A stretch of 64,000 nt of DNA, taken from assembly GCA_038330335.1 (NCBI GenBank), contig JBBQNW010000001.1, positions 1,255-65,254 on the forward strand, written 5' to 3'. The translations under genes were made by a program, and so were the position numbers. Positions 42,022-51,567 of this stretch are shown piece after piece (the first letter of the stretch is position 1; each line of letters opens with the position of its first letter). The notes beneath the pieces are model-generated. The model searched no databases, was not told the origin of the DNA, and worked only from the letters and a program-made list of their open reading frames with translations. Origin of the DNA: Burkholderiales bacterium (GTDB lineage: Bacteria; Pseudomonadota; Gammaproteobacteria; Burkholderiales; Burkholderiaceae_D).

Positions 42022-43917
42022 ATGGCCGATCTTCCCATTCCTGATGTGCGTGCATCGGTTCGCGAGACCGTCACAAAGTTGCCTAATTTACCTGGTGTCT
42101 ATCGCTATTTTGATGCCCAAGACAACGTCTTATACGTAGGAAAAGCGCGTGATTTGAAGAAGCGAGTTTCTAGCTATTTTCAAAAAACCTTAAGTAGTCC
42201 ACGCATTGCAATGATGGTGGAGAAAATAGCGCGTCTGGAAACCACTGTTACTCGTAGCGAAGCGGAAGCATTGATTTTAGAAAATAATTTAATTAAAGCG
42301 CTACGCCCCCGTTACAACATTTTATTTCGTGATGATAAATCTTATCCCTATCTGAAAATCACCAGGGAGCAGACCCCGAGAATGACGTATTACCGGGGCG
42401 CTGTGGATAAAAAACACCAATATTTCGGACCTTTTCCTTCCGCGTGGGCGGTCAAGGAGTCGATGCAACTCTTGCAAAAAATATTCCTGTTACGCAGTTG
42501 TGAAGATAGTGTATTTGCCAATCGCACCAGACCATGTCTGCTGCACCAGATTCATCGATGCAGTGCGCCATGCGTTGACATTATTTCACATGAGGATTAT
42601 CTCAATGACGTCGATAACGCCGCTAAATTTCTGCGTGGGCGGCAGTCTGAAGTCATGCAAAACCTGGAATCGAAAATGCTAGGCTACGCCGAGCAACTTA
42701 AATTTGAGCAGGCGGCACTGGTGCGTAACCAGATGTCAGCGCTCTCAAAGATTTTGCATCAGCAAAGTATGGAAACAAACAGTGACAGTGATATCGATAT
42801 TATTGCCGTCATTGTCGATGGCGGCAGGGCTTGCGTTAATTTGGCAATGGTGCGCGGCGGCCGGCATCTGGGCGACCGGGCGTATTTTCCGAGCCATGTT
42901 GAGGAGGCGCAGCTGGCAGCGGAAGAGCAGATCGAAGTTGAAATATTAACCGCGTTTCTTGCGCAGCACTATGCTGACCAGTCGATTCCTGCTGAACTGA
43001 TACTTAATGTTGAGTTCGATGCGCCAGATTTGATGCTGGCCTTGATGGCGCAATGCGGTCATCGCATTCATTGTTCGTTTCAACCCCAGGAACAAAGGCG
43101 TGCCTGGCTGGAAATGGCGGTCAAGGGCGCACGACTGTCGCTAGCGCGTATGTTGTCTGAGCAAGGTTCGCAGCAAGCGCGTACGCGCGCCTTAGTAACG
43201 GCATTAGGGCTGGATATAGAAAATATTGATGAGCTGCGCGTTGAGTGTTTTGATATCAGTCATACGCAGGGTGAAGCCACACAGGCATCATGTGTCGTGT
43301 TTCATCACCATGCGATGCAAAATGCAGAGTACCGACGTTTTAATATTAACGGCATTATTCCGGGGGATGATTATGCTGCGATGCGTCAGGTAATTTATCG
43401 CCGTTATGAAAAAATGGCAGTCGGTGAAAATCTGGGCGAGAGCGGACTCTCAGATGCTAAAGTAACGCGCATCATGCCGGACATCGTATTAATTGATGGC
43501 GGTAAAGGACAGGTTGAGGTGGCGCGCCAGGTCTTCGTCGAGTTAGGGCTGGATATCAGTCTTATTGTCGGCGTAGCAAAAGGCGAGGGACGCAGAGTTG
43601 GTCTGGAGACCTTGGTTTTTGTTGATGGGCGAGCATCGAGAGAATTAGGTAAGGACTCTGCTGCATTGATGTTGGTGGCGCAAATTCGTGATGAAGCGCA
43701 TCGGTTTGCGATTACGGGGATGCGTGCGAAACGCGCAAAGTCAAGGCAGACTTCGCAGCTGGAAGAAATTGAAGGGATCGGCCCTAAGCGCAGGCAGCGC
43801 TTGCTGGTGCGTTTTGGCGGTTTAAAAGGCGTTGCCGACGCCAGCGTAGAGGATCTGATCGCGGTGGAGGGTATATCGCGCCAACTGGCAGAAGAAATCT
43901 ATAAGCGTATGCGCTAA
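42022..43917 (+). CDS. uvrC: Excinuclease ABC subunit C
   Basis: GIY-YIG (PGVY..YVGKA), [21 protein letters not shown] and HhH motifs. Confidence 0.98.
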   Translation: MADLPIPDVRASVRETVTKLPNLPGVYRYFDAQDNVLYVGKARDLKKRVSSYFQKTLSSPRIAMMVEKIARLETTVTRSEAEALILENNLIKALRPRYNILFRDDKSYPYLKITREQTPRMTYYRGAVDKKHQYFGPFPSAWAVKESMQLLQKIFLLRSCEDSVFANRTRPCLLHQIHRCSAPCVDIISHEDYLNDVDNAAKFLRGRQSEVMQNLESKMLGYAEQLKFEQAALVRNQMSALSKILHQQSMETNSDSDIDIIAVIVDGGRACVNLAMVRGGRHLGDRAYFPSHVEEAQLAAEEQIEVEILTAFLAQHYADQSIPAELILNVEFDAPDLMLALMAQCGHRIHCSFQPQEQRRAWLEMAVKGARLSLARMLSEQGSQQARTRALVTALGLDIENIDELRVECFDISHTQGEATQASCVVFHHHAMQNAEYRRFNINGIIPGDDYAAMRQVIYRRYEKMAVGENLGESGLSDAKVTRIMPDIVLIDGGKGQVEVARQVFVELGLDISLIVGVAKGEGRRVGLETLVFVDGRASRELGKDSAALMLVAQIRDEAHRFAITGMRAKRAKSRQTSQLEEIEGIGPKRRQRLLVRFGGLKGVADASVEDLIAVEGISRQLAEEIYKRMR

Positions 43918-44087
43918 TGCCTATGAATGTTCCTATTTTCACACCTGCAAAAATATCGTTTAATCTCATCCGGACGCAATATAGTTAATGTGCGTCTGCT
44001 AGCGGGACTGCCTGTCTCTGCAATTTTTTTATTGTCAAAGGGCATAGGCAAATATAATACAAAGATTCAATTTAGTGACTGAAAAAT

Positions 44088-44678
44088 ATGCCGTTTAATT
44101 TTCCTATTCTTCTTACCTGGTTGCGGGTGGCGCTGATTCCTTTAGTGGTTGGCGTATTTTATTTGCCAAATAATTGGTTAAGCCCATTTGAAAAAGGCGT
44201 TGCGTCAACAGCAGTTTTTGTAATTGCCGCAGTGACTGACTGGTTTGATGGTTTTTTGGCGAGGCGCTGGAACCAAACATCGGCATTCGGTGCTTTTCTT
44301 GACCCTGTGGCGGATAAGTTGATGGTTGCCGGAGCTTTGTTGGTGTTGATGGAATTTCGGCAAGTTGAATATATCGCCATTATTGCTTTCATTATTATCG
44401 GTCGTGAAATCACTATTTCTGCTTTACGAGAGTGGATGGCGCAAATCGGCGCATCGAAATCTGTTGCAGTGAGTTCGCTTGGGAAAATCAAGACGGCAGC
44501 GCAAATGACGGCCATTCCGATGTTGTTATTTGATAAGGTGCTGTTTGCAAGCATAGACACTCACTATTGGGGGCAGTTACTATTATGGATAGCCGCAGCA
44601 CTTACTTTGTGGTCGATGTTTTATTATCTGCGCAAAGCATGGCCACTGATTAAAGAGAATGCCGGTCACTTACCTTAA
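44088..44678 (+). CDS. pgsA: CDP-diacylglycerol--glycerol-3-phosphate 3-phosphatidyltransferase
   Basis: TDWFDGFLARR..FGAFLDPVADKL. Confidence 0.96.
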   Translation: MPFNFPILLTWLRVALIPLVVGVFYLPNNWLSPFEKGVASTAVFVIAAVTDWFDGFLARRWNQTSAFGAFLDPVADKLMVAGALLVLMEFRQVEYIAIIAFIIIGREITISALREWMAQIGASKSVAVSSLGKIKTAAQMTAIPMLLFDKVLFASIDTHYWGQLLLWIAAALTLWSMFYYLRKAWPLIKENAGHLP

Positions 44679-44729
44679 TCAGATATGACCAGGCTTGCAG
44701 TTGGAAAATGCCAGTTTAATCAAAATGAC

Positions 44730-44757
44730 TTGACAGTAAAAATGGCTGATATATAAT
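44730..44757 (+). promoter_or_regulatory. Consensus sigma70 promoter of the tRNA operon
   Basis: TTGACA, 16-bp spacer, TATAAT, then a GC-rich discriminator GTGCGCC. Confidence 0.85.
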
Positions 44758-44774
44758 GTGCGCCTGTTGTTGAT

Positions 44775-44850
44775 GCGGGAGTAGCTCAGTTGGTAGAGCG
44801 CAACCTTGCCAAGGTTGAGGTCGAGAGTTCGAGCCTCTTCTCCCGCTCCA
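44775..44850 (+). tRNA. tRNA-Gly(GCC)
   Basis: GCGGGAG/CTCCCGC acceptor stem, anticodon loop TTGCCAA, TTCGA T-loop, CCA end. Confidence 0.98.
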
Positions 44851-44893
44851 GTAATTGATTGGTAGTTTGGCGTAGTAAAGTAACGAGGTAAAT

Positions 44894-44969
44894 GCGGGAG
44901 TAGCTCAGTTGGTAGAGCGCAACCTTGCCAAGGTTGAGGTCGAGAGTTCGAGCCTCTTCTCCCGCTCCA
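44894..44969 (+). tRNA. tRNA-Gly(GCC)
   Basis: Identical second copy. Confidence 0.98.
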
Positions 44970-45012
44970 GTAATTGATTAGTAGTTTGGCGTAGTAAAGT
45001 AATGAGGTAAAT

Positions 45013-45088
45013 GCGGGAGTAGCTCAGTTGGTAGAGCGCAACCTTGCCAAGGTTGAGGTCGAGAGTTCGAGCCTCTTCTCCCGCTCCA
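45013..45088 (+). tRNA. tRNA-Gly(GCC)
   Basis: Identical third copy. Confidence 0.98.
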
Positions 45089-45093
45089 GATTT

Positions 45094-45119
45094 AAAGGGA
45101 AGCGAAGCTTCCTTTTTTT
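45094..45119 (+). terminator. Terminator-like hairpin after the tRNA-Gly array
   Basis: AAAGGGAAGC-GAA-GCTTCCTTTTTTT. Confidence 0.75.
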
Positions 45120-45190
45120 GTTGTCAGTTGTACCGCGTTCTTAATCCTAGTTATTGTTTTAACTAAGCTGCAATAAGAATAGCAACCCCT

Positions 45191-45264
45191 GGCGGGGTAG
45201 CAAAGTGGTTATGCAGCGGCCTGCAAAGCCGTTTACGCCGGTTCGATCCCGACCCCCGCCTCCA
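45191..45264 (+). tRNA. tRNA-Cys(GCA)
   Basis: GGCGGGG/CCCCGCC acceptor stem, loop CTGCAAA, U73 discriminator plus CCA; 74 nt. Confidence 0.97.
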
Positions 45265-45493
45265 GTTTACAGATGGCACTTGTAAGTGTTTTCGAAAAGA
45301 TATTAAACTTGATAAGATTTTTTATTCTATTCATGTGCAGCGAGTCAGGTGATGTGAGTGATTAATAATGCGATACAAGATGTATGCACTATTGGAAATA
45401 AAATTGATTCGAGTAAAGTGGTAATAAATTTTTAATCGTTTATTCAACGGAGTGTTTTTACGTTGATGCATCGAAGATTTAAAATTTAGTGTG

Positions 45494-45579
45494 GCCCGGG
45501 TGGTGAAATCGGTAGACACAAGAGACTTAAAATCTCTCGACTTATGGTCGTGCCGGTTCAAGTCCGGCCCCGGGCACCA
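45494..45579 (+). tRNA. tRNA-Leu(TAA)
   Basis: GCCCGGG/CCCGGGC acceptor stem, AGAGA-CTTAAAA-TCTCT anticodon arm, long variable arm, ACCA end. Confidence 0.97.
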
Positions 45580-45847
45580 AAGACAATCAGCGCATCGCGC
45601 TATAAAACCCTATAATCCTAGAGAAATCAAAGGTATATGGGGTTTTTTTTGTTTGTTGAAAATCGCAAATGGCTGCTTTAAAACACAATTTTCTGTTATC
45701 CATTCCCCAAAATTTCTCCACAAATTCTTCAAAGCCTATTACTATTTTCGGATTGATTTAACTCTCCCGATATTGCAGTGATCCCAGGCATTGAAGTTGT
45801 GGTAGCTCGTGGAAGTGTGACTTGAGATTATTTGATTAAATACAGTT

Positions 45848-46306
45848 ATGGGAGATATTATGCGAGTGTCGTTATTCATTGTCCTGTTGCTGCTGTATGC
45901 CCATCCTGCGCTCGCGGTGCTGGGTGGATCGCCTACTGAGTTTGGAGTACAAAGCAGTGCTCGTAAAGCCCGGGCGCTAGTTGTTCTGACTCGTCAAAAT
46001 TATCGTATTCATGAAAGCACGCTAGCTTCCGGTACCTTGCTTCGTGAATACGTTGCAAGTAGCGGTGTGGTATTCGCCTTGAGTTGGCGTGGCCCTTTTT
46101 TACCGGACCTTCAGACATTGTTAGGAGCACATTTCAACACGATGGTGACGGCGGCGCATACAGTGCCAAGAGCGGGGCATTCACAGTTGCGGGTGGAGCG
46201 ACCGGAAGTTGGCATTGTGTCAGGTGGTCACCTGAGGGCTTTTGAGGGGCGTGCCTGGATGTTGAGCGAGTTTCCGCCTGGGTTCACACTTGATGATATC
46301 CAGTAA
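45848..46306 (+). CDS. DUF2844-like secreted protein
   Basis: Signal peptide (..PALA-VLGG); G..LREYV...G.VFA.SW.GP..PDL..LLG and GGH.RAF.GRAW..P.G recalled as DUF2844 motifs; paired with the downstream gene. Confidence 0.8.
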   Translation: MGDIMRVSLFIVLLLLYAHPALAVLGGSPTEFGVQSSARKARALVVLTRQNYRIHESTLASGTLLREYVASSGVVFALSWRGPFLPDLQTLLGAHFNTMVTAAHTVPRAGHSQLRVERPEVGIVSGGHLRAFEGRAWMLSEFPPGFTLDDIQ

Positions 46307-46319
46307 GGCGGGTGAAGCG

Positions 46320-47618
46320 ATGATGAATCACAACGATGTTGTTTGCAAAGTACGGAGGCTTGCCCTCATAAATCAGTATGGCATTGCGCTTGTCTGTGCC
46401 TTATTTTGCTTATTGCTGAGCTCTTGCGGGGGCGGTATTGCAGCAGGTACAGCATCAGGTGGTGCCGTTGTGGCGCCGGGTGGCGTGCCATCTGCGATCG
46501 TTGCTAACTCGATAGCTATCGTGGTGGACAACGGTCCGCTGGGATTTAAAGGTAGTATCAATCAAGCGTATGTCAGCGTCACTGTATGCCGCCCAGATAC
46601 GAGCGTGTGTCAAACCATTGACCACATTTTGCTTGATACCGGATCTTTTGGTTTGCGTCTCATTTCTCCGGGGATATTGAATGCAGAGTTGCGGCTGCCG
46701 CCAGTTGCCACTAGTAGCGGGTTGGCGGTGGCGGAGTGTGTGCAATTTGCCAGCGGTTATCAATGGGGCGCGGTGAGGCAGGCGGATATAAAAATGGGGA
46801 GTGAAATCGCCAGCGCACTTCCGGTTCATATCATCGCTGATCAGGCTGCAGATTATCTCCACGTTCCGGGCGACTGCTCCAGTGGCGGTGCCAATATTGG
46901 TTCAGTCGCGGCTCTGGGCGCCAATGGCGTGTTGGGTGTGGGTCTGTTTAAAGAGGATTGTGGTAATGCTTGTGTCAGTGCAGCTATTTCTGGTACCTAT
47001 TATGCTTGCGATGCCATCAACTGTGTATCGATTTCCTTGCCTTTAGCGCGGCAAGTGTCTAACCCTGTCGCATCATTTGTTAAAAATAATAACGGCGTGT
47101 TGCTGATCATGCCAGAAGTTGCGGTCGGAGGGGTCAGTTCACTCACTGGATCCCTGATTTTTGGCATTGATACCGAAGCTAATAATTTGCTTGGGAGTGC
47201 CACTATCTATCATGCCAATAACGTCGGAAATATTATAACCACGTACAACGGTAAGGAGTTGACTTCAAGTTTTCTTGATAGTGGCTCAAATGGCTATTTT
47301 TTTGACGACAAAAATATTCGTGCATGTACTGTATCAAGCAGTTTTTATTGCCCGCCCGGCCTGTTGACGCTCAATGCCATTAACAGCTCTGATGACCGGA
47401 GTAGCTCGGGGCCGGTTGTCATTAAACTCGAAAGCGTGGATGCCTTGAGCGCTGATATAAGCGCCGCATATATTGGCGGTGCAGGCAGCGGGATTTTAGA
47501 GGGATTTAATAGTAATGGTTTCGACTGGGGTTTGCCGTTCTTTTTTGGACGCCGGGTGTTTGTTGCTATACAAGGGGCAAATACTATCAAGGGGCGGCCG
47601 CCGTATTTTGCTTATTGA
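46320..47618 (+). CDS. DUF3443-like lipoprotein with pepsin-like aspartic peptidase motifs
   Basis: Lipobox LSSC-GGG; ILLDTGS, GVLGVG, FLDSGS and FDWGLPFFFGRRVF; NPV..NNNG recalled as the DUF3443 signature. Confidence 0.82.
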   Translation: MMNHNDVVCKVRRLALINQYGIALVCALFCLLLSSCGGGIAAGTASGGAVVAPGGVPSAIVANSIAIVVDNGPLGFKGSINQAYVSVTVCRPDTSVCQTIDHILLDTGSFGLRLISPGILNAELRLPPVATSSGLAVAECVQFASGYQWGAVRQADIKMGSEIASALPVHIIADQAADYLHVPGDCSSGGANIGSVAALGANGVLGVGLFKEDCGNACVSAAISGTYYACDAINCVSISLPLARQVSNPVASFVKNNNGVLLIMPEVAVGGVSSLTGSLIFGIDTEANNLLGSATIYHANNVGNIITTYNGKELTSSFLDSGSNGYFFDDKNIRACTVSSSFYCPPGLLTLNAINSSDDRSSSGPVVIKLESVDALSADISAAYIGGAGSGILEGFNSNGFDWGLPFFFGRRVFVAIQGANTIKGRPPYFAY

Positions 47619-47729
47619 TTTATGCTGGTGGTGAATAGCCGGCATAAATAAAATATAAAATCGCCTTCGTCTCATGACGTGCGTTTTTTATTGCTGATAA
47701 ACTGATGGTTTTTATTTTGAATAAAGCAG

Positions 47730-48863
47730 ATGGAAGCGACCAAAGTTATAGAGTTTGAACGTCCTCAGATGGACATCGGCAGCAGTTGTACTGCGGCGGC
47801 ATGGGCGCGAGTCCCGGAGGTCCCGGGCTCGGCTGAAAAGCAGCGGCTCAAAACGCGCATCAGGCAGCTACTCATTGAAAAACAAGCCGTGCTGGTGGCG
47901 CACTATTATGTTGATGCGGAATTGCAAGATCTGGCTGAAGAGACGGGGGGCTGTGTTTCCGACTCTTTGGAGATGGCAAGATTTGGCCGTGATCACCCTG
48001 CCAAGACCTTGATCGTTGCCGGTGTGAAGTTCATGGGGGAAACCGCCAAGATACTGAGCCCGGAGAAAACAATTTTGATGCCGGATCTGGATGCAACCTG
48101 CTCACTTGATTTGGGTTGCCCGGCAGGCGAATTTGCGGCATTTTGTGATGCGCACCCTGATCGCACGGTGGTGGTGTATGCCAATACCAGTGCTGCGGTT
48201 AAAGCGCGTGCCGATTGGATGGTGACTTCCAGTATTGGCTTGGATATCGTTGCCCACTTACATGCCGAGGGTAAAAAAATATTATGGGCGCCCGACAAGC
48301 ATTTGGGTGGCTATATTCAGCAAAAAACCGGTGCGGATATGCTGCTTTGGCAGGGCTCCTGTCTGGTGCACGATGAATTTAAAGGAGTGGAGCTCGAGAC
48401 GCTGAAAGCTGAGCATCCAAACGCAAAAGTGTTAGTGCATCCTGAATCGCCGGCCTCAGTTGTGGCTCTGGCCGATATGGTCGGTTCGACCTCGCAAATG
48501 ATTCATGCCGCCATGACAATGGATGCGCAAGAGTTCATTGTTGCAACTGACAATGGGATTTTGCACAAAATGAAAATGGCCGCCCCGGGGAAGGATTTTA
48601 TCGTGGCTCCCACCGCTGGCAATAGCGCTACCTGCAAGAGTTGTGCCCATTGTCCATGGATGGCAATGAACGGTTTAGCCAACTTGTTGTCGGCATTGGA
48701 AACCGGAAGCGGTGAGATACAGGTGGAGTCTGTTGTTGGTCAAAAAGCGAAGCTTTGCATAGATCGCATGCTAGATTTTGCAGCGGCGAAAAAAGCCAAT
48801 GTGCACCCCGGTGCCGATCTGGCAAAAGAGCAAGCCTTGTTTTCCGGTATTGGCCCGGCATAG
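47730..48863 (+). CDS. nadA: Quinolinate synthase
   Basis: AHYY, DSLEMA, ATCSL, YANT, CLVH, HPES and CAHCPWM motifs. Confidence 0.97.
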   Translation: MEATKVIEFERPQMDIGSSCTAAAWARVPEVPGSAEKQRLKTRIRQLLIEKQAVLVAHYYVDAELQDLAEETGGCVSDSLEMARFGRDHPAKTLIVAGVKFMGETAKILSPEKTILMPDLDATCSLDLGCPAGEFAAFCDAHPDRTVVVYANTSAAVKARADWMVTSSIGLDIVAHLHAEGKKILWAPDKHLGGYIQQKTGADMLLWQGSCLVHDEFKGVELETLKAEHPNAKVLVHPESPASVVALADMVGSTSQMIHAAMTMDAQEFIVATDNGILHKMKMAAPGKDFIVAPTAGNSATCKSCAHCPWMAMNGLANLLSALETGSGEIQVESVVGQKAKLCIDRMLDFAAAKKANVHPGADLAKEQALFSGIGPA

Positions 48864-48877
48864 TGACGAGATAAAAT

Positions 48878-49744
48878 ATGACTAGTAATTTACAAAATTT
48901 ATTTACCCCATTCGATGTCGCTCTGGCCGATGCTTTGCAGCGTAACGTTACCGCTGCATTGGAAGAAGATGTCGGTGCTGGAGATTTTACCGGGAAGCTG
49001 GTGCCATCTGATCAGCGAGTGCAGGCGCAGGTGATTGTGCGTGAACAGGCGGTGCTGTGCGGTGCGCCCTGGTTTGATGCGGTGATGCTGGCCCTGGATT
49101 CCTCTATTCAGATTGATTGGCAATATGCTGAAGGTGATCTGATGAGTGCCGATAGTATAGTCTGTAAAATTGAGGCACCGGCCCGCGCGCTATTAACTGC
49201 CGAGCGTAGTGCCTTGAATTTTTTGCAGCTGTTGTCGGCGGTTGCCAGCGTTACCCGCGAATATGTCCATATCATCGAAGGAACCAAGGCGCGCATACTT
49301 GACACTAGAAAGACCTTGCCGGGTTTGCGTCTGGCGCAAAAGTATGCGGTAAGAGTCGGCGGAGGGAAAAATCAACGTCTGGCGTTATACGACGGTATCC
49401 TGATCAAGGAAAATCATATTGCCGCGGCCGGCGGTGTAGAGGCGTCGTTACGTGCTGCCCAAGCCTTGCAGGCCGATGTCAGTATCCAGGTTGAAGTGGA
49501 AAACATCGATCAGTTGCAACAGGCTTTGCAGTCGGAGGCGACCTCAATTTTACTGGATAATTTTAGCCTGCAGATGATGCGTGAGGCGGTCGGTATTAAT
49601 GCTGGCCGTGCTTTACTGGAGGCTTCCGGAGGTGTCGACAGGCAATCAGTAAGAGCGATTGCTGAAACCGGTGTTGATCGTATTTCTATCGGTGGTTTAA
49701 CCAAGGATGTTAAAGCGACTGATTATTCCTTGCGTATCGTCTGA
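48878..49744 (+). CDS. nadC: Nicotinate-nucleotide diphosphorylase (carboxylating)
   Basis: ERSALNFLQ, DTRKTLPGLR, IKENH, LLDNF and EASGG motifs. Confidence 0.97.
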   Translation: MTSNLQNLFTPFDVALADALQRNVTAALEEDVGAGDFTGKLVPSDQRVQAQVIVREQAVLCGAPWFDAVMLALDSSIQIDWQYAEGDLMSADSIVCKIEAPARALLTAERSALNFLQLLSAVASVTREYVHIIEGTKARILDTRKTLPGLRLAQKYAVRVGGGKNQRLALYDGILIKENHIAAAGGVEASLRAAQALQADVSIQVEVENIDQLQQALQSEATSILLDNFSLQMMREAVGINAGRALLEASGGVDRQSVRAIAETGVDRISIGGLTKDVKATDYSLRIV

Positions 49745-49796
49745 TTGATCTGACCTGAGTGGCAAGAACCTTGCTCAAATGTCGTCATGAAATGCC

Positions 49797-49841
49797 CGAT
49801 CAATGCGCCCGTCCAAATGTTTTGGGCGGGCGCATTGATCG
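49797..49841. repeat. 21-bp-stem inverted repeat between convergent nadC and nadB
   Basis: CGATCAATGCGCCCGTCCAAA-TGT-TTTGGGCGGGCGCATTGATCG; one G-T pair; no U tract. Confidence 0.85.
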
Positions 49842-49864
49842 TTGTATACCGTCAACGCCGGCGC

Positions 49865-51472
49865 TTATTTTTTGCGTTTTGGTGACAATACCGTCGCTAG
49901 CGCCTTAGGCATGGTGTCAGGATAGTCGCGACTAAAGTGCAGTCCGCGGCTTTCTCGTCTGGATAGCGCGCTATTCACGATCAATGACGCCACTTCAACC
50001 AGATTGCGCAGTTCCAGCAGATTATTGGTGATGCGAAAATTAGCGTAGTACTCGTCTATCTCTTCCTTGAGTAATTTGATGCGGTGTTTGGCGCGCTCGA
50101 GTCGTTTGGTGGTGCGAACGATGCCTACGTAATTCCACATGAAGCGACGCAGTTCATCCCAGTTATGGGCAATAACGACTTCTTCGTCGGCATCTGAGAC
50201 CCTGCTTTCGTCCCAGTCAGGTAAGTAGGGCAGTGCGATGAGGTCTTGGGCTTCAATATGTTGTGCCGCGGCTTTGCCAACCACCAGGCACTCTAATAAC
50301 GAATTGCTGGCGAGCCGATTGGCTCCGTGCAAACCAGTGTAGGCGGTTTCGCCGACAGCATATAAGCCGGGCAGGTCGGTTCGCCCTGTGGTGTCGGTAA
50401 CGATGCCACCGCAAGTAAAGTGCACCGCCGGCACCACGGGAATGGCTTGTTTGGTAATGTCTATTCCTAGTTCAAGGCAACGGGCATAGATAGTGGGGAA
50501 ATGCTCTTTCAAAAATTCCGGCGTCTGATGACTAATGTCCAGCTCGACATAATCAAGACCACGTTTTTTCATCTCAAAATCGATCGCTCTGGCCACGACA
50601 TCACGCGGCGCCAATTCGGCTCTGTCGTCATGCTCCAGCATGAAGCGAGTGCCAGCGGCTGCACCGGCTTCTGCCGGCAACTTCAGTAAGCCACCTTCGC
50701 CCCGCACTGCTTCTGTGATCAGAAATGACTTGGCATACGGATGATACAAGCAGGTTGGATGAAACTGCATAAACTCCATATTCGCAACGCGACATCCGGC
50801 GCGCCATGCCATTGCTATGCCGTCTCCCGTCGCTGTATCTGGATTCGTCGTATATAAATAAACCTTGCCGGCGCCGCCTGTTGCCATCACCGTGTGCTGC
50901 GCAGCAAAGGTGTGCACTTCGCCACTTTTAACATCTTGAACATACAGTCCAAGACAGCGTGGCGGTAACGAGGTATCGCCAATTTTGGTCGAGGTAATGA
51001 CGTCAATGGCGTAATGATGTTCAAAGAGGCTGATATTCGGGTGTGAGCGCACCAGTTGCTCCAGGGTGACCTGTACCGCGTGTCCGGTGGCATCTGCCGC
51101 ATGAATAATGCGTCGTTGGCTGTGCCCGCCTTCGCGAGTTAAATGGAAACCCAGTTCCGCTTCGTTATCGCGGGTAAAGGGTACTCCTTGTTCAATCAGC
51201 CAGTCTATCGCTTCACGCCCATGTTCGATAATGTAACGGGTTGCGCCTTCGTCGCACAGGCCGCCGCCGGCGATCAGTGTGTCCGAAATATGCTGTTCGT
51301 GGCTGTCACCAGAATCAAGGACGGCGGCGATGCCTCCTTGTGCCCAGGCACTGGCCCCATCGAGTAAAGTGCGCTTCGAAATAACGGCGACTTTACGTGT
51401 TTTTGCTAAATGCAGCGCTACCGATAAACCTGCCAGACCACTGCCTACAATTGCCACGTCAAATTTCATCAT
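49865..51472 (-). CDS. nadB: L-aspartate oxidase
   Basis: GSGLAG, WAQGGIAA, TREGGHS..RI.H, QFHPT and GLHGANRLASNSL motifs. Confidence 0.97.
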   Translation of the reverse strand: MMKFDVAIVGSGLAGLSVALHLAKTRKVAVISKRTLLDGASAWAQGGIAAVLDSGDSHEQHISDTLIAGGGLCDEGATRYIIEHGREAIDWLIEQGVPFTRDNEAELGFHLTREGGHSQRRIIHAADATGHAVQVTLEQLVRSHPNISLFEHHYAIDVITSTKIGDTSLPPRCLGLYVQDVKSGEVHTFAAQHTVMATGGAGKVYLYTTNPDTATGDGIAMAWRAGCRVANMEFMQFHPTCLYHPYAKSFLITEAVRGEGGLLKLPAEAGAAAGTRFMLEHDDRAELAPRDVVARAIDFEMKKRGLDYVELDISHQTPEFLKEHFPTIYARCLELGIDITKQAIPVVPAVHFTCGGIVTDTTGRTDLPGLYAVGETAYTGLHGANRLASNSLLECLVVGKAAAQHIEAQDLIALPYLPDWDESRVSDADEEVVIAHNWDELRRFMWNYVGIVRTTKRLERAKHRIKLLKEEIDEYYANFRITNNLLELRNLVEVASLIVNSALSRRESRGLHFSRDYPDTMPKALATVLSPKRKK

Positions 51473-51567
51473 AAAAACATACCGTAAAGGTTAAGCGGAG
51501 ATTGCGCTGTAAGGGTTAGACTATATGTCATTTCCGGATAATCTGAAAAAGCGCACTCGGTTAAAAA

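Noticed and set aside
44775-45088. Repeat-spacer-repeat pattern resembling a CRISPR array
   Set aside because: The repeats are complete tRNA-Gly genes, the spacers are nearly identical, and there are no cas genes.
45491-45781. 96-aa ORF
   Set aside because: It overlaps tRNA-Leu and is spurious.
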